From: Chiloscyllium plagiosum
Lineage: Eukaryota
DNA: 64,000 bases
Direction of reading: 5' to 3'
NCBI RefSeq assembly: GCF_004010195.1
Contig: NC_057752.1
Coordinates: 6,088,044 to 6,152,043, forward strand
In this document: one piece after another, positions 24,691 to 36,400 of the stretch
Numbering within the stretch: position 1 is the stretch's first letter
How the letters are laid out: the number at the start of each line of letters is the position of its first letter
Position numbers and translations under genes: made by a program
Notes under the pieces: generated by a model
Told to the model about the DNA's origin: nothing
Database searches by the model: none
The model's input: the letters and a program-made list of their open reading frames with translations, nothing else

Positions 24691-25465
24691 ATTATTCCAG
24701 CTTATTAAAGTCTTGAGTTTATTTTACTTGTCCTTTTGTGACCCTATCTCGTCTTAACTCAACTTGTATTTATCTACCTGTAGACTACTAATCTTTTTCT
24801 ATTTTATGATTTAATTTTTTTCCCCATAAGACTTTCTTAGCATTTATTTTAAATCTTAAATTCATCCCTTTTTGTGACCCTCTGCTTTTCTGTTTATGTA
24901 CTTTGCAGGAATCCTTTTGTGTTAGTTTCCATATTATTCTCTTTAATTATCCATTCTTTCTCAATATTGTCCAGTTCTAATTTTCTTAGTGGAATATATT
25001 TCTCCTGTACTTTCTCAGTTTTTACATTTGATTTTCTCCCCTATTGTGCAATCTTTTTGCCTGTCTATATTTTTCTCCAGTTTATTTTCTTCAAGCTCCA
25101 TTCTCATATAGTTGACTTTTCCCCAATGTATCACTGTGATTTATGTACTGTCTATCTGGCATTCGAATCTTATTACTTTGTGATCACCCTTTCCCAGATG
25201 TTCCCTCTTCCTAATGTTCCCTGTCTGCTCTGTTTTATTTCCCTTTGTTTATGACGTCCAGCAATATATCCTCCATTCTTTCATAATGCTCTTGTGAAAC
25301 ACCCATGGACATGTTTCTAGCAGTAAAGGCACTCCAGAAATGCAAGTTGTTGTTGTCAAAAAAGACCACCTTGTCTGTGTGGTTCAGTCGAGAGTCTTGT
25401 GTCAAGAAATTGTTTCAGGTAAAAGCAAATGAGCGCCTTTGGAAATAATTTCTCGCAACTGCTGT

Positions 25466-25471
25466 TTTATT
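25466..25471 (-). terminator. Candidate polyadenylation signal AATAAA for TNS2
   Basis: Plus strand gttTTTATTaac equals minus strand gttAATAAAac, at the boundary between UTR-like sequence and repeat/low-complexity sequence. Confidence 0.4.
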
Positions 25472-25572
25472 AACAAATTAAATTCTGTTACACATTGCAG
25501 CACAAGATTCTTATAAACTCTGAATTGGCACAGGAAATGTTTAGGACAAGTTCCAACCGTGTCACACATCTT

Positions 25573-25588
25573 CCAGCAGGAGGCACTG
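25573..25588 (+). promoter_or_regulatory. Candidate CTCF binding site
   Basis: CCAGCAGGAGGCACTG matches the CTCF core and lies beside the putative TNS2 polyA site. Confidence 0.45.
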
Positions 25589-26877
25589 CTGTGACAGTTT
25601 TCTCACTGCTGATACTACGAAACAGAAATATTCTCTTAAGAATTCAATCATGCACTATTAAACATGATGCTGTCATTTTAGGAAATAAGAGGTAAAAATC
25701 TGGGAAACAAATGGTCACTTCAGTATCAAAGCACCCCCCCCCCCTTCCCCACCCCACTGAAAACATTTTTCATGGCAACATTGGCAGGCTAGCCGACTGT
25801 GAAACAATGGATGTGACCCCTGCTCCCCAGTATCAGTTAGAGAACTGATTGAATGAGGGGTGCTGGGGCCTCTGGTAATCTGTTTGGACTGAATTCCCTG
25901 AGCGCCGGATGGAGAATTAAAATCCTGGGCTGTTTGTGACTTGACCCAAGCTGACCATTCCACCAACCAGCTTCAGGGCTTTGAACAAGACACCCTCAGA
26001 GTCCAATTCAAAGTGAGAAGACAAGGCATGATCTTTCGTTTCTTTAGAGACGTAGTATACTTGGAGAGAAAATATGAACACGTGGTATACACACAAAAGA
26101 ATACATGGAGCTTTGTTTAGCTGGCATTGGATTGATAAAACACTAAAATACAAAAGTAAATAACAGCATAAGTATAATATATTATACGTTCTTGACTAAA
26201 GCTTTTTCCATAAATTCTCCATTATCAGGTAAAATAAATGTCTGAGCTATACAAATAAAACTATAGACTTTGATTAAAATATGTAATATACAATATGATG
26301 AAAGCAGTTCAAATCTGTACTTCCTCAGCTACCTTGTCTAATGTGTTGATCAGCCTCTGAGATTTGGACACAGCTTCCCCTAACACAGCGCAGGGGCCGT
26401 CACATTGCTCGGAAAGCACTGGCCACACCCTTTGGGAGAATAGTTCTTTTTTTCTCTAAGCCCCTGTACAATTGTCCAGAAGAGATAGCAATTGGCAAAG
26501 CAGCTCTGGGATTCCAGTGGCTATGTGCCAGTTTCCTCTGCATGTCTTTGAAATCAGATTGTCTGCACACATTCAATTCAGAGTGCTGCATTTCCCTCTC
26601 ATGCCAAGGATTCTAACACAAGCTGATTCCCTACTGACTTGCATCTCTCCTCTGATTTATACAATGGATATGTGAGAGAGGTACTCCGAGGACATTCCAA
26701 CTCCAGTGACACGGTGAGGCCTTGACTAGTGAAGGCACCCAGTGTGTGTCTGTCCCTTCCTCACTTAACCAGACTGTTGCCCCCAGAAGTTTTGTTTGTT
26801 TCAACCTGTGTCCGTTAGGTTAAACGTGGAACCACATTACCAGTAAAACATATTCCCTAACTCTCCCGACCTTCAGT

Positions 26878-27035
26878 AATAACAAAAATACAATGCTGGA
26901 GAAACTCATCTAGGTCACTGGATTCGAAATGTTAACTCCCTTTTTCTCTCCACAGATGCTGCCAGACCTGCTGAGTTACTCCAACATTCTCTGTTTTGTT
27001 TCAGATTTCCAGCAGCTGCAATTCTTTGTGTTTAC
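26878..27035 (+). mobile_element. PLE-terminus (family B) fragment in the putative TNS2 3' UTR
   Basis: ggtcactggattcgaaatgttaactc...cacagatgctgccagacctgctgag...ccagcagctgca. Confidence 0.6.
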
Positions 27036-30000
27036 TTCATCATCAACAACAATTCTGTTCACCCTTTCCTCCTCCCTCCAGGCGAAACTATGGGAAGCCC
27101 CTGGTTGACTGATAGTCACTGTTCTCAGAAAGAGACCTGTATGTTGAATATATCATTAGATATACACATTTGGCAGAGACAGATTGACATTTTAGGACTG
27201 ACTTTATCATTGCAATAGAGATTTCTCTGATTAATACTTTTGTCTATATCTGACTAAGAACATAAAAATATATTTTTCTTTACTGAACCAAATGTTCCTG
27301 ATCTCTTGTAACCCGAGATGGCGTGGAATCTTGTTCTCGGTCACAACCATGGCTGCTTTGGGCAATGTGGCTGGGAGAGTAACTTACTGATGACTGAGTC
27401 ATAGGCATTGCAGTTTCTAAACCACTATATTGACTTCAGCTTAGTTATACCTCTGACCAGTCCCTTGTTCTACCCCCTTCCCCACACCCCCTTGTGAAAT
27501 ACACTTAGAAGATATTTTACCAGTATAATTTGATTAGTCTGACATAATTTGATGTCAAAGGTTGTCTGATTTAAAGCTGCTGTGAAGCCTGTGTCCTGCC
27601 CATGGCTTCACGACACAACAGAATGTGAATTCAGATTCCTCTCAGCAACCCCAATAGAAATGCTAACCACAGTTATAAACTTCAAAACTATTGTGTTTGC
27701 AAATGGCATCTAACTATCTGTCCAAATAAATTTACATATTTAATAAAATAAGCACAGCAACAACTATCGCATTAACTCACCATCTGTCAGGCAGTATAAC
27801 TCCATTCTGAGATTTCATAATATTCCATTTTGTCACCAAGTTCATATACATATATTATACACATACTCATACAATATATTATATATACGACACTGTGAGA
27901 TTTCTGAGTCCCGTTCAACACTACAACCTTGCAATACTTCACATGACCATTGTGAAGGCAACTGAGCACTCAAAGCATTTTTGCAGGATATCTCATTTGG
28001 TCCAAATGATTCACTGCAATCTCATTCATCAAGGTTAATTCATACTCTCTCGGTTCATTTACTTGGCTCTGAGGAGGGGGAACTGGGTGGCACATAGGAA
28101 CTGCTGCATGAGAAAAGATCAGGCTCCATCTCCTCACTTTCTAACATCCTCACAGTTCCAAGATCCAATGATACTGGAGTAAGTGGTGGGCACATTGAAC
28201 TGGCTAAAAGGAATCAACGTGATATCAGTTAAAGCTGGACAATATTCTTCTCTCTGTCTGTCCTCTTGGGATATAGATGCTGCTGTGTTGGTCATCTCTG
28301 CTGTTTTAGTGCATTTAATGCTTCTGTTGAAATAGGTGCAACAGATGCTTTCCCAGGAGAACAGAAGGTTTGTGTATACTTTTATTTAGAAGGTGTGACA
28401 TTAAATTTCATGGATCATTCAAATATTTTGTTTCAATCTTTGCACATTTAAGGTTTAGTGTGATTAATTTGTACTGTGCTCAGGAATTCAGAATGTGATT
28501 GGCATGACCTGATGAAGGGAACAAGTTTGATTATATAAATAGAGAAAATATTAGAAATCCTCAGTGATTAGGAAGCAACCGTGGAGAGAGGAACAGTTAC
28601 ACTTCCATCAATAACACTTTGTCTGATTGGGATATGTATAGCAAAGAAGTAACTTTGCCATTGTCCAAAAGTCTTTAAGTTGTTGTTATGAAAATAAAAC
28701 CCACTCGATGATGGTATAATTCTGCTTTTGAAAAACATGCAGAAGATTGCATGGCAAGGAGCCAAACTAGCATCTTTTCTTCAATGGAAACTAGATGAGG
28801 GAGCAGAACAGGAGCAAGGAGCTGAGTCATAATGTTTTGCTGTGGGGAATTAATTGAAACCCCTGAATAACCAACTGTCTTACATGTGGGAAATCTTCTG
28901 AAGATGAGTTACAGATGTGAGGGACAGGCAACTTCACTTCTTCAGACTCTAAAAGGCTTGGGTTAGCATTGGAACATCAGTGACAGTGTTTAGTCCAGAA
29001 CAGGCCAGTGAATATGTTTCAAGAGATAAGGTCATGTAGTGTAACAAAACATTCAGAAATGAGGGTGTCACCCTTGCTCTAAGGTTAAGTTGGAAGGCAT
29101 GATTGGGGAGATGCTACACCTTACCTGTCTAAGTGTCCATTTATCATGTGTATATTCCAGACAGCAAATGTTCACACACACCGTTTAGGTGTGGGGCAGT
29201 ATTGTACCTGAGCCTGTTGCTATCTGCACCCATATACCCTCCTCACCCAACTCCTCAGGTGAACTCAGCACAGAGGCCCGATCCCTGGGTCTGACTGGGT
29301 TTGTTTGAGTTTAGTATCCCACATATTCCTCGAGCCCTGCTCGTTAATTGCACTCTCTAGTTTGTAGAAATCTCCATCAATGTGTGTGTTAAGAAAAAAG
29401 TCCTGGAATTAGCTTTAATCTGATTGAAGTGTTACAGTGTTAGATGACTCGTTCAGTAATTCAATGAAATGAATTTTAGGAGTTGACCTGTCCTATGCTT
29501 CACACTAAGGAATACCATGTCTGTTACATTTGATTGTTATATCAGGTAAATTGCACCAAGTTATCATCAGTTTCACACTCTTTCTGACATCGTGCCTTGG
29601 GTGATCTCACTGTTAGACCAGTGTGGGGCTGATATTGACATTAGACTGAGAGGACTGTATGTGTTGTAAACTGGGAGCCTGTCAATGTACACTTGGAGGA
29701 CAGTCCCAATGATCTGCCAGTATAGGATTTACTGTCTTTTTGAATCTGCTGTATCTATAATAGCGTACCCCTGATTTCACAAACCTGAATATATTGATGC
29801 CTAATAAGAGTCACCCACTATCCTTTAATCGCCTGAAAACACCCTTTCTCACTGTCAGCTCCTAGCTCCATTTCCCACACTTTATAATGTTCACAGGCAT
29901 CAGTCAGTGACCAAGCTTCTGCATTTTAACATAGACCTGAAAAAGCCTCCACCAAACCGCAGCATTACCGCCACTGAAACATATCTTGCGGTGACTTGTC

Positions 30001-30325
30001 ATTGTTTCTAAAGGCTTGATGGTTTCTGAGGGAAAATATGATTACAATGAGGTCAAGCCCTTCTTAGCTGTCCCTTCCTGACGCTAGAGCAATCAACTCT
30101 CAACTGATATTAATGAAATCTCCTGTCATCGGAATATTTAGATAGAAGCTACAGCAAGGTCTGGCTGAACTGAAACAGAGAAAGATATTTTCTTTTGTGT
30201 TTTAAAAAATGTTTTGATGCAAAGGAAGCTCATTCCTTTCATGTCTGACAGCAGTGGTGAGACAGAAGTAGCCATCCATCTTTCTTTACCAGCTCGTTCC
30301 CTTGGCTTCTCTCTGAAACGAGGCT

Positions 30326-30467
30326 TCATCTCTTCTGGGGCCCCAGCATGACCTTGGTGATGAAATTCACAATGGCTGATGCAGGCTGTTCTGGGTCGAG
30401 CTCAGCAAAAAGATGGCAGACATTGTCCAAAGTGCTGCCCTGCTTCTTTGCCACAAAACCAAACATT
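30326..30467 (-). CDS. TNS2: TNS2 terminal coding exon ([46 protein letters not shown])
   Basis: Acceptor ctctcttccag|A, TGA stop at 30328-30326. Confidence 0.96.
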
Positions 30468-33400
30468 CTGGAAGAGAGAGAAAGAAGGAAGTGAGAAAAG
30501 GGCTAGAAACTAGGTTCAATTTGGATTTCAGGCCGGACAGAAAAAATTTTGAAAATTTCAATTCCAGAAACATTCCTTAAGAAACTCCTTTAGGAGCTTA
30601 AGTAGCCATTAATTGGCAGCAAGCAGCCTTCCTGTTCGCTGCCTCCACCAGCCCTTTCAAAATTCACAAGCGTCCCAGCAGCATTGGGATCCTGAGAGGA
30701 TGTGCATACGTCAATTTTCTGATGCTACGTGCACCCAATCCCGTGACCCTTTGAAAATCCAATCAAACATTTCTTAAACTTCTTCCTTAACTGACGATAA
30801 GGGATAGGTTTCACAATCTACATCCTGCATGTAAGTTCAGGGCTGGAAATCGCATCTTACAGAAGACATTGAGGGCACAACACTAATGAGGCTTTAGTCT
30901 GCAGGGTAACACAAGATAGCTTTGTGAAAATTGTCAGTTCAAAAATAATCTTGCAAGTGAAGTGATTTGATCAGATTTCAGCTGAACATCTGTACAGGAA
31001 CTTCCTACACTGATGCTTCAAAGCTGGTAATGCAGGGATGTAGCTTTGGGTAATTGGGACCTTAACTCTGTTGCCATGGGGAATTTAGTCATTTTCTGTA
31101 TTGCATTTCCCCTCCTCCTAGTGCTGAACACATGGCCCAAATCAGAATCTTGAGATGCACAGATCACAGCTGTCAGGGCCAACACATGGTCCCAGTCTCT
31201 GAGATCCCCTGTGTACTTCCCGAATCACTTACTTTGATGTTGTACCATCTGCGTTGGTCCACCTGGAAAAGAAGAGATGCAATGTGGTAGGGTGTGAACG
31301 AGAACAAAGGCAGCTACAGCACTGAAGAATTCAGGTTAGAGGTGGGGAACTTATTTTTTCTAATTTTACATTTAGAAAAAAAAGCGAACACTACTGCATA
31401 AATTGTTTTTATATTATAGAACCAGATATTTTAAAAGTCCAATATCTAGCCGTATAACATCTTTGTATTCCATGGTTAAATTCAGTGTCAAATACATAAT
31501 TCTGATGCTACAATCCCCTACACAGATGTCAAACTGTTAACATAGAGGGGGTTAATGTCTAACTGCTCATTCCTAACTTTTCCATCAGATTAATCCTTAG
31601 GCAGTGTTTTTAGTTGAGCTTTTTCTCAAGCAGCTCCGTGTCACATGACCATGCTCTACAGGCTGTTACCAGGAAGGTACACAGAGCCAAAATCCAACTG
31701 CGTCTGGGGGAGCATTAACTCCCCTCTTCAGTCTGCCTGAAATTTATTTTCTTGTCCAAACAGCTGTTGATATTCGAGCATTTCAAACTTGCACATGCGG
31801 TACTCCCAGTGAGTATAGGGCCTACAGCAAAAAGCTGCTCCTAATTCGGCACAAATTGGCATTCACCCTCAGAGAGGCCAAAGGATGACTGTGTGGGAAG
31901 TAGTTGGAAATGTCATAATGTTGTGAGTTTTGAGGTCAAGGCAGAGCATAGAGAGCTTCCCTCTGCATTTGGTTGGGTTATATATGACTAGCTGTGAATG
32001 CTGGATGGAACAACGAATATTCTTCTCCAGTCCTAATACCCTCACCCTATGAGCACAAAGTTGAAAAGGAATGGATGATTGATAATAATACACCATCAAA
32101 GAACAAACCCAGCAAAGTTTAGCCATGTGTAATCTCTAAAGCAGTAATACCCAGATCAGCATGATAATAGCCCACTTTGCCCTAACTCGGGTCAACATAC
32201 CTTCGATCATGTGGATCTAGGTTACAGAATGTAACTGTGTTGACTGGATAATGGCGTCTGAAAAAAATTCTGTTGAGCACAAAAGAAACAAGTATGTTTA
32301 GAAATGGAAAGAATTTTACGACAGTGGAATTTCTTTTCAAACTGTTTTGTGAAATCCAGTTTTATCAGCAAAGAGAACAAATGGACAAGGTCAGTAAAAC
32401 TGGCCCGGCACTGCAGCAATGGCCCGTGTTTAAGATTCACATTCTCTGTCTCAAATAACTTTGTAGCTTGTAGGTGGCCAAGGATTCAAAAGTTATTCCC
32501 AATCAATTTTTTAAAGTTTGGAAATTGACAGATTTTTGTCAAATCAGCAACTATCCCCAAAATTTCACTTGTTTTGTGATTTGCAGAAGATCTGGTCATG
32601 GACCTGGGTGTGTTTTTGGTGGGAGGGCAGGTAAAATAGGCAGGTGCCCAATCAGCACTTTACCACTGACCCTTGACCCCACCTCATAATACAGAGGGCA
32701 GGCAGCTACCAAAGTTGGGAACCCACTTTTTGTAAATAAATAAGCGTTAATCGAGCTTGTTCTAATACCACACGTAATATAAGAAAATATGTCTGATACG
32801 GATATTTGGGCAGGTGTGCGCAGGTTGATTTTTAAATACCTATTTGAAGAAAAGCAGGAAGGAACACTGGGGAAGCACCTCTTTTGGGAGTTACTGTTTG
32901 TGAACTGGGACAGATTCCACCCACCACGATGATATCCCACCTTTCCTTTTCTGCTACTTGACAGAACCTGCACCCCTCCCAGGCTCTAGGATTCCTCCCC
33001 ACTCTCTAAACCCGGGGAACCGGAGTTTCTTGGGGCAGTCTTCAGGCCGTCTCCTGCAGTTCTGGCAGCATCTGCTCCTGAGCTCTGCCATTGCTTGGAG
33101 AAATGGAACTACTGACCATTCAATCACACTGATAGCTCCCAAGGGCAGGATGTCCCATGCAGTGTCTGATGTTAGCAACATAAGAACAAGAGGAGGCCAT
33201 TTGGCCCCTCCTCATGCCTCCACAACTCTTCAAGATATCTGAATTCCTTTAGGTTTGGCTTCTTGAACAGCCCCAACTTTAATTGCTCCACCTCTGGCTT
33301 TTGGAAGCTATGATCCCAAGGTTTGGTATTCCCTCCCTGCTTCTCTACCTTGCACTTTCCTCCTTTAAAACACTCCTTAAAGCTGACCTCTCCACTTCTC

Positions 33401-36400
33401 CTGGGTAGCACGGTGGATCAGTGGCTAGCACTGCTGCCTCGATTCTAGCCTTGGGCGACTGTGTGGAATTTGCACATTCTCCCCTTGTCTGCATGGATTT
33501 CCTCCCACAGTCCAAAGATGTGCAGGTTCGGTGAATTGGCCATGTTGAATTGTCCATAGTGTTCAGGGATGTGTAAGTTAGGTGCATTAATCAGGGTAAA
33601 TATAGCACAATAGGGTAGGGGCATGGGTCTGGGTGGGATCTCTTCAGAGGGTTGGTGTGGACTTGTTGGGTCAAATGGCCTGTTTCCACACTGTAGGAAT
33701 TCTATGATTCTATGGTGTGGCTTAAAGTCATATAAACCTCCTACAAAGCACCTTGGGGATTTTTTTTATGCTAAAGGTGCTATATAAAATGAGTTATTGT
33801 TGTTATAGTTCGAGTAACACTAATGTGGACTTACTTTCGTTGGCTGTCTGTTAAGGTGATGCCCTGGACTGAAACTTTGAAGTGTACCACAGTGGCGGTA
33901 GGCCGAGGCTTCATAGCAAAAGTCTGCATAGTTGCTTTGGCGACTGCTTGTGGCCCAGTCAAGGATTCTGTCTCCACTGAATTGATATACAATACATTGC
34001 AAGCTGAAATCCAGAAGAAATACTGCATCAGACAGTACAGTGCACTAGCCCAGCCCAAAGTCCAGATTAAAACAAACCAACTATTTAATACAAGCCAGCA
34101 GATTCCAGTAATGCTCTTACGAGGCATTAATGGCCGTTTCCTAAATTAATACCACGATTTTGATTCAATAATCTATTCATTGATGATATCTCAGTAATTC
34201 TATTGAACAAAGCTGAGAGAATTCTTATCCACTGATATAGAGCAGAAAGAGGCCAATCAGCCCATTGTGTCTGTGCTGGCTCTTTGGAAGAGCTCCAATT
34301 TGTCCTGAGTCCCCTGCTCTTTCTCCACAATCTCTCACATTATCCTGCTCTCGACATCCGGTTTCCTTTGCAAAAAAGAATTCTGTTCATCCTCTTCTCA
34401 CGTTGTTATTTGTGAATATTTTGAAGGAAATCCAATGCAGGCTGTTATTAAGGCCTGTGCAAAACCAGGCCCAATTTTAACTCTGCCTAAGTGAATGGCT
34501 TTGAGTGAGAGAGAATTAGGCCCAGTGTTCCCATTCTTCATTCATCCTAACAGAACAGCAGGTACCTTTTGGTCTGCCAGAAACTTGCTGGTCTTTCAGT
34601 TGTTCAGGACTAGGTATTGCAAACTGGCAGATTCCAACGTTCAGCACTACATGCTGAGGGATGCACTAAAGCATGGGGCAGCCACCACAAAGGTTCAATG
34701 AGGCAAGGCCACTGTCTAATGCCCCCCTCCAATCGTACACTCAGGGACAGGATCCCACGTACAGCCCTTGAACTGTATGCAGCAGAACCCATTTGGCATG
34801 AAATGTTTGGTATAATTTCATCCTCTAATTGTAAATGTAGTGAAGTACTTCAGAGTATTACACAGTGCCTTGAATGAAACTGAACTATTGTGCACTTTGT
34901 CACGTCAAATTTAATATGCCGTATATTACACCTTTAGAGATTGTATGAGGAAGGGATAGTTTTTAATAAACAGCAGTGAGCAGGTACCAACAGGAATCCT
35001 CACCCGCTCCCTGTTTGAGCAACTCTGCAGCAGTACTGGTGTTGCCAGGGGCAACATTATCCTGGGTTTCATCCATGGGATCTGGAAGGGAAAGGCACAG
35101 CAAATTATTGTCAGTTAAATCCTCTATCTGCAGCCCTCAGAGTTAGGAGAATTCTACTCACTAAACAATGGCAGGAACATCGCAACATTTTTATTGAGTT
35201 GTCTCGAGTTTTCATGGCTATTAGCCCCTTTTTTATATATACATGTTCTTGAGCTGTGAGTATCGCCAGTAAGGCTGACATTTATTGCCCATCCCTAATT
35301 ACCCTTGTGGTGGTAATGAGCTGTCTCCTTGAACAGCTGCAGTCTGTATTGTGCAGGTAAACCCACTTTTTTTTGCAGTTTGGTATAGCTGAGTTGCTTG
35401 CCAGGTCATTTCAGAAGGCAGGAGAAAGTGAGGACTGCATACGCTGGAAATCAGGGTCGAGAATTTGGTGCTGGAAAAGCACAGCAGGTCAGGCAGCAGC
35501 CGAGGAGCAGGAGAAGCGACGTTTCGGGCAAAAGCCCTTCATCAGAAATCCTGATGAAGGGCTTATGCCCAAAACGTCAATTCTCCTGCTCCTCGGATGT
35601 TGCCTGGCCTGCTGTGCTTTTCCTGTACCCACTTTGACATTTCAGAAGGCAGTTGAGAGTCAACCACAGTGGGTCTGGAGTCAGATTTCCTTCCCTGAAG
35701 GACATTAATGAACCGGATGAAATTTTCTACCAATTGAGTATTTTCACCATCTTTAATCATTCCAGATTTAGCAATTGTTTTAAAGTCTGCTCAGTTACTA
35801 TAGTGGGATTTGAAATTGTGTCTCTGGATTACTGATCTAGTCATGTTATCACTATGTTACTGTTCCAGTAGCCAGAGATGAGCTACACCATTCAGAGCAG
35901 GAAGCTCTGCTCTGCAGGACTGATCACAGGTACCAATAACAAGAAGGCACACAGATGGCAAGATCTAGAGTGATGCCTCCATGACGTATTGTTAGCCTGA
36001 CAGCTGAAGAATGATCGAGCAGAAAGTGAGGACTGCAGATGCTGGAGATCAGAGCTGAAAATGTGTTGCTGGAAAAGCGCAGCAGGTCAGGCAGCATCCA
36101 AGGAACAGGAGAATCGACGTTTCGGGCATAAGCCCTTTGGATGCTGCCTGACCTGCTGCGCTTTTCCAGCAACACATTTTCAGCTGAAGAATGATGCCAG
36201 ACAAAAATGTCATGTCAGGTAGCCATGAACACAGGAGGGCAGCACTGAGGCCAGGGCAGCTTTGAAGCAAACAAAGTGAATTTAAAATGATAAAGGGTGG
36301 AGAGCTGGTTCTCTCAATTTATCGACATCAGTGTCCAAATTAGTTAGGAAAGGCTGAGAAGAACTGAGCTCTGAGGGTTACTTCAAGAGCTATTGTATTA

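Larger units (their letters stand above)
25445..30325 (-). other. TNS2: Probable long TNS2 3' UTR
   Basis: Repeat-poor, AU-rich sequence downstream of the stop codon. Minus-strand AATAAA at 25471-25466 (another at 28386-28381). The end point is inferred. Confidence 0.45.

Noticed and set aside
24874..25254. 126-aa hydrophobic ORF resembling a membrane protein
   Set aside because: A consequence of T-rich low-complexity sequence. GTG start and no family motif.
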